The notes beneath the pieces were generated by a model, which saw only the letters and a program-made list of their open reading frames with translations, was not told the DNA's origin and searched no databases. The position numbers and the translations under genes were made by a program. Positions 47,975 through 57,123 of a stretch of 64,000 nucleotides of DNA are shown piece by piece (the first letter of the stretch is position 1; each line of letters opens with the position of its first letter). The stretch lies in assembly GCA_018712615.1 (NCBI GenBank), contig DVGS01000171.1, positions 146-64,145 on the forward strand, given 5' to 3'. Origin of the DNA: Candidatus Egerieimonas faecigallinarum. Its GTDB lineage: Bacteria > Bacillota > Clostridia > Lachnospirales > Lachnospiraceae.

Positions 47975-49477
47975 TCAGCCCAGGGACGGTCTTGAGGCGT
48001 CATAGACAAGCGAAGCGTCGAACAGATCGCTCAGACGGTCCGCTCCCTCCTGAACATCCTGGTACAGCCGAAGCCCGTCAATACTGCGTCTGCCCTGACG
48101 AACATAGTCCGTGGCAACCTGCACCCAGTACTGGCTGGAATCGATGTTGCAGAAAAACCGGAATCCCTTATCCCTGAGATATACGTAATTCTCGTTCTCC
48201 TCATCGTATCCGGTGTAGGCGGCAATGTCAGTACCGTACGGGAAGAGCAGCACATCCGTCTCCCCGATTACGCTCTCCACATAGGTCTCCCATTTATCGG
48301 CATCCTCCTTCATCTGAGCCAGATCCTCCCCGTAGCTCACACGGCTGTATCCGCTGCTGGCAAATTCCCAGCCCTCTGCCCGGAGCGCTTCCAGCACCGG
48401 CTTCACATTCTCAATCTCCTGCGTATTCTCTGCCGAGAGCTGAAGAGTCTGCGCGGACGCGCCGTCTCCCGTCTCTGTCCCGGAGTCCTGCGCCGTATTC
48501 TCATCTGAAGATGTCCCGGAGTCTGCGGACGCGGTATCCGCCGGGGAAGTCTGATAGCCTAAAATACCGTTTTCCCCGGAAAATCCCAGAAGTCCTCTGG
48601 CTCCCCGGTAAGAAAAATCCGGATGTTCTTCAATAAACTCGTCCACGATCGGAACTACGTCATACGCTCCTGTCACCACGGTTCCGTCCGCCTGCTGATA
48701 CTGATTTACAAGCTTTCCATCCTCCAGGATCAGCTTCACGGCGTATCCCTGGCCTGCCAGGGACGTATCATAGCAGACATCCTCCTGCGACAGGATAAAC
48801 GGTTTCTTCCCCTCGTGCAGATACACGCTCGCACTGCTGAACTCGCCTTCCTCACTCTCACTCACCAGGTCATGGATGCTCACCAGCACATATCCATTGT
48901 TATAGAGCTGCTGAAGGATCTTCTTAAATTCATCCACAGTGAGACGGTTCTGCGCTGCCACCGTATCCTGCTCCTGGGTAAATACCAGCTCGGGGTCAGC
49001 GATCAGCGTGCGCACAGACAGATGTGTGATCTTGTTGGCCGGAATCGTCTTCAGATTGGACTTCGCCTCCTCGTAATCCGCAAGCATTGTCACGAGATCC
49101 GCATCCTCCATCGCTCCCTCGATGCTCCTGATGCTCTCAATAGCTCCGTCGTAGTCATACTGCTGCGCCATCACTTCCGCCTGGGCAATCTTCTGCTCCC
49201 GGCTTCTCTGCTGCTCTTCCTGCAGCTGCCTCTCTTCCCGTTCCTGCTGTGCCTGCGCCTCCTGCTTCTCCCTGCTGTTTCTCACCGCGGTCGAGATCCC
49301 CACAACAATCCCCACAACCAGAAGGATCAGCACCAGCGCACATACTCCCCGAAGGATCAGCGCGTTCCTGCGCCTGCGCCGCCGCCTCTCCGCTCTGCGC
49401 CGTTCGATTCTGCGCCGCGTCTCGGGATCCAGTTGCTGCGGATCAATTCTTCTTCGCTTCTGATTCCTGTCTGCCAT
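47975..49477 (-). CDS. membrane-anchored protein with an Arg-rich cytoplasmic tail and a large ectodomain (possibly polysaccharide-deacetylase-like)
   Basis: ATG 49477 after GGAGGG. Contains RRRIERRRAERRRRRRRN, a TM helix, a coiled E/Q-rich stretch and a ~380-aa ectodomain. The functional call is weak. Confidence 0.55.
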   Translation of the reverse strand: MADRNQKRRRIDPQQLDPETRRRIERRRAERRRRRRRNALILRGVCALVLILLVVGIVVGISTAVRNSREKQEAQAQQEREERQLQEEQQRSREQKIAQAEVMAQQYDYDGAIESIRSIEGAMEDADLVTMLADYEEAKSNLKTIPANKITHLSVRTLIADPELVFTQEQDTVAAQNRLTVDEFKKILQQLYNNGYVLVSIHDLVSESEEGEFSSASVYLHEGKKPFILSQEDVCYDTSLAGQGYAVKLILEDGKLVNQYQQADGTVVTGAYDVVPIVDEFIEEHPDFSYRGARGLLGFSGENGILGYQTSPADTASADSGTSSDENTAQDSGTETGDGASAQTLQLSAENTQEIENVKPVLEALRAEGWEFASSGYSRVSYGEDLAQMKEDADKWETYVESVIGETDVLLFPYGTDIAAYTGYDEENENYVYLRDKGFRFFCNIDSSQYWVQVATDYVRQGRRSIDGLRLYQDVQEGADRLSDLFDASLVYDASRPSLG

Positions 49478-49698
49478 CTTACCCTCCAATTCTACTCCCT
49501 TCTAAGTTCTGTAATCATAATGTAACAATTACTTAACAGTATAGCACAAAACTTTTCACAGCACAATTCACAACACTTTTTTTAAAAAAACTATCCTCTG
49601 TCTTTATTGCCTTTTCACGAAAAGAATGTTAAAATAAAGAAACGTACGGAGACTTTCAATAAGTGTTCTCCGAATAACTCAAGGAGGAACAAGGACTT

Positions 49699-50151
49699 AT
49701 GCCTAGCTGGATACCTTTTGTGATCATCCTTGTCGTGATGATCGGTGCCCTCGTGGGTCTGTATTTCTTTGGAAGGAAGCAGCAGAAAAAGCAGGACGCA
49801 CAGCGCGAACAGATGGAAGCTGCCAAGCAGACCGTTTCCATGCTGATTATTGATAAAAAGAGACTGCCGGTCAAGTCATCCGGGCTTCCTCAGATGGTGA
49901 TCGACCAGACTCCGAAGCTGCTGAGACGTTCCAAGCTTCCGATCGTAAAGGCAAAGATCGGTCCCAGAATTATGACTCTCGTTGCAGATGAGAAGGTCTT
50001 CGATCTGATCCCTCTGAAGAAGGAAGTAAAAGCCACTGTGAGCGGAATTTATATTCTCGGAGTCAAGGGCGTTCGCGGTCCGCTGGAAGCGCCTAAGAAG
50101 AAGGTTGGACTTCTGCGCCGTCTCAGAATGAAAGCGAGCGGTTCCAAGTAA
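49699..50151 (+). CDS. hypothetical single-pass membrane protein
   Basis: 150 aa with an N-terminal TM helix (WIPFVIILVVMIGALVGLYFF) and a basic C-terminus. SD AAGGAGGA lies upstream. Confidence 0.65.
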   Translation: MPSWIPFVIILVVMIGALVGLYFFGRKQQKKQDAQREQMEAAKQTVSMLIIDKKRLPVKSSGLPQMVIDQTPKLLRRSKLPIVKAKIGPRIMTLVADEKVFDLIPLKKEVKATVSGIYILGVKGVRGPLEAPKKKVGLLRRLRMKASGSK

Positions 50152-50163
50152 AGAGTATATCAC

Positions 50164-50190
50164 AAAAGCCTGCCGATCCGGCAGGCTTTT
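50164..50190. terminator. bidirectional intrinsic terminator
   Basis: AAAAGCCTGCCG-atc-CGGCAGGCTTTT. Confidence 0.85.
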
Positions 50191-50193
50191 GTA

Positions 50194-50652
50194 TTATCCT
50201 TCGTTTGCAAGCAGATCTGCGGCCGCTTCCTTGCTGCGGACTTCCAGATGGATCTCACAGTCTGCGATATATCCCTCATTGACATCGAGCGCGTAATTTA
50301 CGACCGCGGTGATCCGGTCCTGCTGCTCATCGATCTTCACTCCTGTGGTGGAGATTCCGAGCTGTACTTCCCCGAACGGCAGCTGGTAGCTCGTCAGATT
50401 CTTCTTCCCGGGCTCGAAAATCATATGCGTGTTCATCAGCCCCCTCTTTCTGACTTCCATGCTGTTGTCGCGGATCTTGATAAAATTATGTATCGTCTTT
50501 CCCCATTCTTCCACGGTCTCATCGTACAGCACAAAATGTGCGCCGTTTCGCTTATAATATTCTCCTGCAACTACTGTCTCAAGGGGTTCTGCTCCCTCCG
50601 GTTCTTCTGCGAACTGAATGCCGCTGATACTGATCAGCACTTCTTTATTCAT
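50194..50652 (-). CDS. DUF1934 (YwiB-like) beta-barrel protein
   Basis: 152 aa. Sequence style (VLISISGIQ...YYKRNGAHFVLYDE...IKI....MEVRKRG) matches the recalled DUF1934 family. Confidence 0.65.
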   Translation of the reverse strand: MNKEVLISISGIQFAEEPEGAEPLETVVAGEYYKRNGAHFVLYDETVEEWGKTIHNFIKIRDNSMEVRKRGLMNTHMIFEPGKKNLTSYQLPFGEVQLGISTTGVKIDEQQDRITAVVNYALDVNEGYIADCEIHLEVRSKEAAADLLANEG

Positions 50653-50658
50653 CTGTCA

Positions 50659-51480
50659 TCAATACTCCTCTATTCGAATCTGCTGTGTCATCTCCACATC
50701 ATACGGGAGAATGGAATTAGCGAATTCCTTGAAGCGGTCCGCCGCGTCGCTCACATAGAAGCGGTACGGAAACTCTTCACAGGTATTCCCCGTACTGCGC
50801 AGTCCGTGTGCATCCAGCATCCTGCCAAGCGCCAGCGCCGTCTCATATGCGGGGTTTACCAGTGTCACACTCTCTCCCATGATTCTGTGTATCATGGAAC
50901 GAAGCAGAGGATAATGCGTGCAGCCCAGAATCAGGGTATCCACGTCCTTCTCCTGCAGTTCTCTCAGATATCTGCGCGCCACTTCCTCCGTAAGGGGATC
51001 CTTTGCCCAGCCCTCCTCCACAAGCGGCACAAAGAGCGGGCAGGCGCAGCTGAATACTGAGATATCCGGATTCCTCTGAGCGATCAGAGACGGATACAGC
51101 CCGCTGCTGATCGTCGCTCTTGTCCCAATCACTCCGATCCGTTTGTTCTTCGTCGCCGCCACAGCGACCTTGGCGCCCGGCTTGATCACTCCAATAATCG
51201 GAATATCCAGCTCCTGCTCCACAGTCTCAAGCGCAAGAGCGCTTGCCGTGTTGCACGCCACCACGATCGCCTTCACCTCCTGCGTCTTCAGAAAGCGGAT
51301 GATCTGACGCGAATAGCGAAGGATCGTCTCTCTGGATTTGCTTCCATAGGGCACCCTGGCGGTATCTCCGAAATATACGATGCGCTCTGCCGGAAGATTG
51401 CGCATGATCTCCCGCGCGACCGTAAGACCGCCCACACCGGAATCAAAGACTCCGATAGGCGCTTCTCTATCTAAACTCAT
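50659..51480 (-). CDS. murI: glutamate racemase
   Basis: PIGVFDSGVGGLTV, VVACNTAS and LGCTHYPLL motifs. Confidence 0.95.
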   Translation of the reverse strand: MSLDREAPIGVFDSGVGGLTVAREIMRNLPAERIVYFGDTARVPYGSKSRETILRYSRQIIRFLKTQEVKAIVVACNTASALALETVEQELDIPIIGVIKPGAKVAVAATKNKRIGVIGTRATISSGLYPSLIAQRNPDISVFSCACPLFVPLVEEGWAKDPLTEEVARRYLRELQEKDVDTLILGCTHYPLLRSMIHRIMGESVTLVNPAYETALALGRMLDAHGLRSTGNTCEEFPYRFYVSDAADRFKEFANSILPYDVEMTQQIRIEEY

Positions 51481-51568
51481 AATTTCCTCCTACCTAACAG
51501 CTTTCTCCTTATTCTACCCTGCGCACTGTAAAATTTCAAGCCTTTCGGCGTGAAAAAAGGGGCGCGAA

Positions 51569-52183
51569 CTATCCGAACCACCGAAACTGCAGCTTCACCC
51601 GTTCCGGATGCAGAAGGACTTCACGCACTGCATCGGGAAGCGCATCCTCGAGAATCTTCTCCTCACCGCTTCCCTTTTCCACTGTCAGAATATCAGAAAA
51701 GCCGAGAAGCGGATACAGTGTGCACCACCAGTTATGGCCTTTCCCCTCACCGATGCACACGATCAGCGATTCATACCGGCCAGCAGGAAGATACATATCT
51801 CCCCAGCGTTTTTCCGGATATACCGCTTCTCCCCAGGAGACACTTACCTCATCGCTGCTCCCGTTTTCACGCACCGCATCCCCTGCGGATTTCTCAATCT
51901 TCTCCAGTGATGTTTCCAGAAGCCGCTCTGTCTCCTCCTTTGTTCCGGCATCGGAGAGGATCCCGGACAGAGTCTGCGCTACCGCGTTCTTCACCTGCAT
52001 CTTCAGCTCCTGATCTTCCTGTGAATCGCTGTTGGCGCGGATATGAAAACGCACCACCGCCTGCTCCGTTTCCTGCACCGCGCGAATACGGCTGCGTTCC
52101 CGCGCGCCCGCCGCTGCCGCCCCGGCCAGAGCCAGAAGAAGCACCGCAGCGGCAAGAAGCCGCCTTACTTTACTGTATGTCAT
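51569..52183 (-). CDS. spoIIR: stage II sporulation protein R
   Basis: Signal anchor followed by VVRFHIRANSDSQEDQELKMQVKNAV and GEGKGHNWWCTLYP, which are typical of SpoIIR. Confidence 0.85.
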   Translation of the reverse strand: MTYSKVRRLLAAAVLLLALAGAAAAGARERSRIRAVQETEQAVVRFHIRANSDSQEDQELKMQVKNAVAQTLSGILSDAGTKEETERLLETSLEKIEKSAGDAVRENGSSDEVSVSWGEAVYPEKRWGDMYLPAGRYESLIVCIGEGKGHNWWCTLYPLLGFSDILTVEKGSGEEKILEDALPDAVREVLLHPERVKLQFRWFG

Positions 52184-52231
52184 GGCAATCCCATCCTTTT
52201 TTATTTAGAGGATTGCCGTATATCGCCCTGT

Positions 52232-52864
52232 TTAAACCTTGTCAAGCAGTAGGATTCTTCCCTCCTCGACATTCAATTCGGGGAATGACGGAATCGTATT
52301 GTAATTATAGTACTCCTGGTACAGCGTTCCCAGCTCCAGCGCCCTGGACTTCTCCTGCTCCGGCCGGTTCTCATACATACCGCTTAAGAATTCCCCAAGA
52401 GATGTCCCGGTTCCCTCTGCCGCCGCAATAACTTCCCCCGGTTCATCACAGACAAAGACTCTGGCATTCTGCCCCAGAATCTCCTCGCTCTGCAGGTAGC
52501 GCAGCGTCTCCTCATACTCCTGCGGGCGGCGCAGAAGCCTTCGCGAAAACAGAATCGCCTGCACATGTCCCAGATCCAGATAGTACTCCTGGCTTTCATC
52601 ATATCTCTGACGGATCTGCGCAAAGTCGCTGCCCGAAAAGGCAAGCGGCTGCTTTCCCTCGTTTTTCTGACTGCCCTCCTGTTTCTCCTTTCCGGTACTT
52701 CCGGCAAGATTCGCCATAGCGTAGATCACCTCATACGCATCATTCTTATAATCCACAGAAAAGGAGAGCGGATACGCGCGCTTTTCCGGCTCAATGGCCG
52801 CACAGCCGCAGAGCAGTTCAGAAGCCGCAAATAAAAGCACGGCTATACAAATCAGTTTCTTCAT
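52232..52864 (-). CDS. Ger(x)C-like germination lipoprotein, unusually short
   Basis: Lipobox (LLCGCAA) and an N-terminus like the GerxC family (EPEKRAYPLSFSVDY). ATGA overlap with the gerB-like gene. Only ~210 aa. Confidence 0.6.
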   Translation of the reverse strand: MKKLICIAVLLFAASELLCGCAAIEPEKRAYPLSFSVDYKNDAYEVIYAMANLAGSTGKEKQEGSQKNEGKQPLAFSGSDFAQIRQRYDESQEYYLDLGHVQAILFSRRLLRRPQEYEETLRYLQSEEILGQNARVFVCDEPGEVIAAAEGTGTSLGEFLSGMYENRPEQEKSRALELGTLYQEYYNYNTIPSFPELNVEEGRILLLDKV

Positions 52865-53913
52865 TTTCTCCTCCATTTCCGGCAAAGCCACATGAAAAGC
52901 GGTACCGCAGTCAGCACCGGAGTATAAAACCATCTGAGCGCATCACCGTAAAAGCTTCGGATATCCTTCTCACCCCATGTGATGAGCGCTCCGGCCAGGA
53001 TCAGCAGAGCCAGCACATAGCCGCCCTTGGTAAATGTCCCGAATTTTCCAATCGTCCTGCCGTAAAAGAGTACGCTTCCGAGCCCGAAAAGCAGGGAAAA
53101 AAGAAGAAATGCCATCCAGAGAATATCGAATCGGTCAAGGAAGCCCCCCGGCAGAATGATCCTGGACATCAGTTTTAAAATCGGAGTCTCCTGGCGTACA
53201 AGTCCTTCATACCCAAAGATCCCCAACAGGATCAGAAGCGCGCTTCCCGTAATGAGCGTGACCAGCAGCGCGGCTCTCGCCATATGCGGAAATGCCTGAC
53301 CTTTTCCCTGCACATGATTCAGAAGAAACGGCAGGACCGACAAAACCATACATGCCCCGTAGTATGCGTACGCCCCCTGAACCGTCCCCGAAACGCTCAG
53401 AGCAGGCGCCTCGTCCAGCAGCTTCGGATTGACCGCGCCGGCAGCGACCGCGAGCATCAGAAAGAATCCGAGCATCAGGAGCGGATACGCGGCTTCCCCC
53501 ATGCGGCCGCGCCGCTGCAGATCGCTTCCCGTCCCCAAGAGGCTCACCGCCAGCAGCAAAACCGCAGCGGTCAGGCCCTGAGAACCGGTCAGCAGGTACG
53601 CAGTCGTCATATCCACCGCCTCAGCCAGCAAGAAGGAGCCCGTGAGTACCAGATACGAGAGATAGAGCAGTCGCAGAAGCGTTCCCCCCACCCTGCCCAG
53701 CAAAAGTTCAGGATCCCGATAGGCCTGCGCCGCACGGACCAGCACCAGAAGATATAAGAGTACGGCGGCAAACCCTGTCAGCAGTCCCAGCAGTCCGCTT
53801 CTTCCGAGAAGCGCCGGCTCCTTCGTGAGGATCAGCAGAAATGCCCCCGTAAGCCCGACCGCGATCTGGCGTTTCAGCTGTATTCCGGTGATCCGGTTAT
53901 TATCTGAAAACAT
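52861..53913 (-). CDS. spore germination receptor B subunit (GerxB, APC-like permease)
   Basis: 350 aa with ~10 TM helices and the N-terminus NRITGIQLKRQI. Position is between the A and C subunits. Confidence 0.75.
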   Translation of the reverse strand: MFSDNNRITGIQLKRQIAVGLTGAFLLILTKEPALLGRSGLLGLLTGFAAVLLYLLVLVRAAQAYRDPELLLGRVGGTLLRLLYLSYLVLTGSFLLAEAVDMTTAYLLTGSQGLTAAVLLLAVSLLGTGSDLQRRGRMGEAAYPLLMLGFFLMLAVAAGAVNPKLLDEAPALSVSGTVQGAYAYYGACMVLSVLPFLLNHVQGKGQAFPHMARAALLVTLITGSALLILLGIFGYEGLVRQETPILKLMSRIILPGGFLDRFDILWMAFLLFSLLFGLGSVLFYGRTIGKFGTFTKGGYVLALLILAGALITWGEKDIRSFYGDALRWFYTPVLTAVPLFMWLCRKWRRK

Positions 53914-53915
53914 GT

Positions 53916-55418
53916 CTACTCTCCTCTCTGCTCTCGCGCGTCATCACCCATGCGCAGACGTATCCTCTCCCCGCGCCGGGCAAATACCGGGCGGCGGCGC
54001 ATACGCACCAGCGGTCCCCGGAAGATACCGTCTCTGTCCTTTTCGTATCCCTTCAGCCCGCTTCCGATAAACGGCATGAGATACGGAATCCGGAAGCTTG
54101 TCAGCCCTGCCAGATGTCCCTGCACCAGATAACAGCCGCACACAATGCCAAAGATGCCGAACCATCCGCCCAGAAGAATAAATCCGTATTTCAGCAGCCT
54201 GAAAGGCGCGGAAAATTCCTCATCCGGAATAGCGAAGGAACTCAGGGCGCTGAGCGCCACCACAACTACAGCCATCGGGCTGACAAGGTTCGCTCCCACG
54301 GCCGCGTCGCCGATGATCAGTCCGCCGACAATCCCTATGGTCCCGCCCAGCGGACCAGGCATCCGCACGCCGGCCTCCCGGATCAGCTCGAATGCCAGCT
54401 CCATAAACAGTACCTCAAGAATACTCGGGAACGGAACCCCCTGACGCGCCTCCGCAAATGACAGCAGCAGATGCGTCGGCAGGATCTGGGTATGGAAATT
54501 GATAACCGCCAGATAGACGCCGGAAAACATCATTGCCAGTATGACCGCCGCATAGCGGATGAACCGCTGGAACGTGACAATCTCAAAGCGGTTGTAGCGG
54601 TCCTCTCCCGCCTGCATGAAGCTGGAAAAAGTGGTGGGAAGTATAAGCGCGTTCGGCGCATTGTCGCACAGCAGCGCCACTCTGCCGTTCAGAATCTCCA
54701 TCGCCGCTCTGTCGGGCCGCTCCGTCGTCTCAAACTGCGGAAACGGAGACATCCAGCGTTCCTCTGCAAGCTGCTCCACCATACCGGTGTCAAACACTCC
54801 GTCGACTTCAAAATTTTTAAGTTTTTCCCTGATATCATCCAGCAGGCTCTCATATGCCAGCCCGTCCATGTACACCAGAGCCAGCATGGTCTGGGAGCGT
54901 TTTCCCACGGTCATCTCCTCCACCTTCAGGTCCGTGCTGCGGATGCGTTTGCGGATCAGGGCAGCATTCACCTTCTCCGACTCCGTAAAGCCCTCGCTGG
55001 AACCACGCAGCGCTTTCTCAAACTCCGCCTTCGGCACGCCCCTGGAGGGATATCCCTTTGAGGCGATCTTGACCGCGCGGTCATATCTGTCGAGAAACAT
55101 TACCGCATTGCCCGCAAGCATTGCCGCCATGGCCTCCTCCATGGTTGCAAGCTCTTTCACATCGGAAATCCCAAGGCTGTTTTCCCGGATACACTTCAAA
55201 ATTTCTCTCTGCGGCATCTCCCACAGGCGATTGATCATCTGGCCGACCAGGGAATCCCGGAGCATCATATTGCTGACCGCAGTCTCTATATAGACGACAA
55301 AGCACACGAGCTGTCTGTCCCTGCCCAGCTTCATCGGCCGTATGTGAATATCCGCGCACCCCTCGCACTGTGAGCGGACATACGCTTCATTTTCCCTTAT
55401 ATTCAGCGATATATCCAT
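53916..55418 (-). CDS. spore germination receptor A subunit (GerA family)
   Basis: 500 aa with a soluble N-domain and a C-terminal membrane domain, including a PSILEVLFMELAFELIREAG-like conserved GerA segment. Confidence 0.85.
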   Translation of the reverse strand: MDISLNIRENEAYVRSQCEGCADIHIRPMKLGRDRQLVCFVVYIETAVSNMMLRDSLVGQMINRLWEMPQREILKCIRENSLGISDVKELATMEEAMAAMLAGNAVMFLDRYDRAVKIASKGYPSRGVPKAEFEKALRGSSEGFTESEKVNAALIRKRIRSTDLKVEEMTVGKRSQTMLALVYMDGLAYESLLDDIREKLKNFEVDGVFDTGMVEQLAEERWMSPFPQFETTERPDRAAMEILNGRVALLCDNAPNALILPTTFSSFMQAGEDRYNRFEIVTFQRFIRYAAVILAMMFSGVYLAVINFHTQILPTHLLLSFAEARQGVPFPSILEVLFMELAFELIREAGVRMPGPLGGTIGIVGGLIIGDAAVGANLVSPMAVVVVALSALSSFAIPDEEFSAPFRLLKYGFILLGGWFGIFGIVCGCYLVQGHLAGLTSFRIPYLMPFIGSGLKGYEKDRDGIFRGPLVRMRRRPVFARRGERIRLRMGDDAREQRGE

Positions 55419-55508
55419 AATCTTCCTCCTTCCGGGAAATGGTAAAAGAGACGCCTGTGATCAAGCGTCTCTCTTATCATTTCCAACTATGGACAGATTA
55501 TGCAGGGC

Positions 55509-56183
55509 TCAGCCCTCTTCGCGCATCCTCAGAATGATTGCCTCCTCCTGCTGCTGAACATGGCTGCGGATCTCCCGCTTTGCCGTCTCAGTGTCGCGCA
55601 GGCGGATCGCCTCATACATCGCGCGGTGCTCCGCAGCGAGCTTTCTGCGCTGCTTCGTATCCTTCAGATACTCCATGCGGTAGCGGTACATCTGCTCCCG
55701 CAGATTGCTCAGAATCTGATTGAGTCTCTGATTCCCCGCCGCGTCATAGATCCTGTCGTGAAACCGGACGTCCGCCTCCGCTACCGCTGTCAGATCTTCA
55801 CTGTCCGCAAGGCTCTCGAAATACTCTCCGGCCTCCCGGATCGCTTCCAGCTGCTCCGGCGTGACCCGCTCGCAGGCAAAGCCGATCGCGAGCTCGTCCA
55901 GTCCGATGCGGACCTCCAGCACTTCCTTCAAGTCCTTCTCCGTAATCTTCGCCACCTGCGCGCCGCGGCGCGGCACCATGAGGACCAGCCCCTCCAGCTC
56001 CAGCATCCGGATCGCCTCCCGGATGGGGGTACGGCTTACGCCCAGCTCATTTGCCAGCCGTATCTCCATGAGGCGCTCGCCGGGCTTTAATTCGCCCCGC
56101 AGGATGGCGCCCCGAAGTGTCTTAAATACCACATCCCTCAGCGGAAGATAATCATCCGCGATCAATTGCAGCTTACTTGTCAT
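55509..56183 (-). CDS. GntR family transcriptional regulator (FadR/FCD subfamily)
   Basis: The GERLMEIRLANELGVSRTPIREAIRMLELEGLV HTH motif followed by a helical FCD domain. Overlaps ispE by 11 nt. Confidence 0.9.
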   Translation of the reverse strand: MTSKLQLIADDYLPLRDVVFKTLRGAILRGELKPGERLMEIRLANELGVSRTPIREAIRMLELEGLVLMVPRRGAQVAKITEKDLKEVLEVRIGLDELAIGFACERVTPEQLEAIREAGEYFESLADSEDLTAVAEADVRFHDRIYDAAGNQRLNQILSNLREQMYRYRMEYLKDTKQRRKLAAEHRAMYEAIRLRDTETAKREIRSHVQQQEEAIILRMREEG

Positions 56184-57051
56184 CCATCGTTCCTCCGTTC
56201 TGGAACGGAACCGTCAAAAATACCTGGCGTGCCAGACGGCTCTTTCTGAGCTCCGCGGCCGCGCGCTTTGCTTTCTCGCCGTCGTCAAAAACGCCGAATA
56301 CAGTGGGGCCGCTTCCGCTCATCAGGGCGCCCAGGGCTCCGTGCTTCTTCATGTGCTTCTTAATCTCATCAATTACGGGATATTCCGGTATGGTTACACG
56401 CTCCAGTACATTCTCCATCCGGGACACAATCCCGTGCAGATCGGCCATTCTTATCGCTTCGATCATTCCGTCAATATCCGGGTGATCTGTAATCTCATCC
56501 GCCCGCAGGTTTGTATAAACAAACTTGGTGGAAACGTTGACGGCAGGCTTGCCGATCAACAGATGGCAGGCCGGCATGGGGGGAAGAGGAGTCAGTATCT
56601 CCCCGATACCCTCCGCAAGTGCCGTACCCCGCATGATGCAGTAGGGCACATCCGCTCCGATCTTCACGCCCCGCTTCATCAGCTCCTGCTGGGTAAGCCC
56701 CAGGTGAAAGAGGCGGTTGACGCCCACCATCACGGCAGCCGCATCCGTACTGCCTCCTGCCATACCCGCTGCCACAGGGATAAATTTCTTCAGATCAATG
56801 GAAACTCCCTGCTGTATCTCAAATTCGTCCATCAGAAGCTTTGCCGCTTTATAGGTCAGGTTACTCTCGTCACAAGGCAAAAACGGCAGGTTCGTCTGTA
56901 CATGAATTCCCGGTTCCTTGCTGATTTCAAGATCAATCTGGTCATACATGCGAATGGTCTGCATGATCATGCGGACTTCGTGATAGCCGTCCGGTCTTTT
57001 TTTCACCACATCCAGTCCCAGATTAATCTTTGCCATTCCTCGTAATCTCAT
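56173..57051 (-). CDS. ispE: 4-(cytidine 5'-diphospho)-2-C-methyl-D-erythritol kinase
   Basis: AKINLGLDV, the GHMP motif PVAAGMAGGSTDAA, and MSGSGPTVFG. Confidence 0.9.
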   Translation of the reverse strand: MRLRGMAKINLGLDVVKKRPDGYHEVRMIMQTIRMYDQIDLEISKEPGIHVQTNLPFLPCDESNLTYKAAKLLMDEFEIQQGVSIDLKKFIPVAAGMAGGSTDAAAVMVGVNRLFHLGLTQQELMKRGVKIGADVPYCIMRGTALAEGIGEILTPLPPMPACHLLIGKPAVNVSTKFVYTNLRADEITDHPDIDGMIEAIRMADLHGIVSRMENVLERVTIPEYPVIDEIKKHMKKHGALGALMSGSGPTVFGVFDDGEKAKRAAAELRKSRLARQVFLTVPFQNGGTMDDK

Positions 57052-57123
57052 CTATATATTCTCTCCAGTTCTTGTTGTATACAATTTTCATTGTACACGG
57101 TTTTCCCCGGATTCGCAAGCACA

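Noticed and set aside
48623-49525. 300-aa ORF on the + strand. The same reasoning applies to 23008-23922, 31671-32510, 50248-51060, 51550-52431, 57487-58188, 59563-60315, 8681-9448, 26083-26766, 41397-42188 and 43287-43880.
   Set aside because: All are antisense to confidently identified genes. They lack SD sequences and have skewed Arg/His/Leu/Ser/Pro composition.
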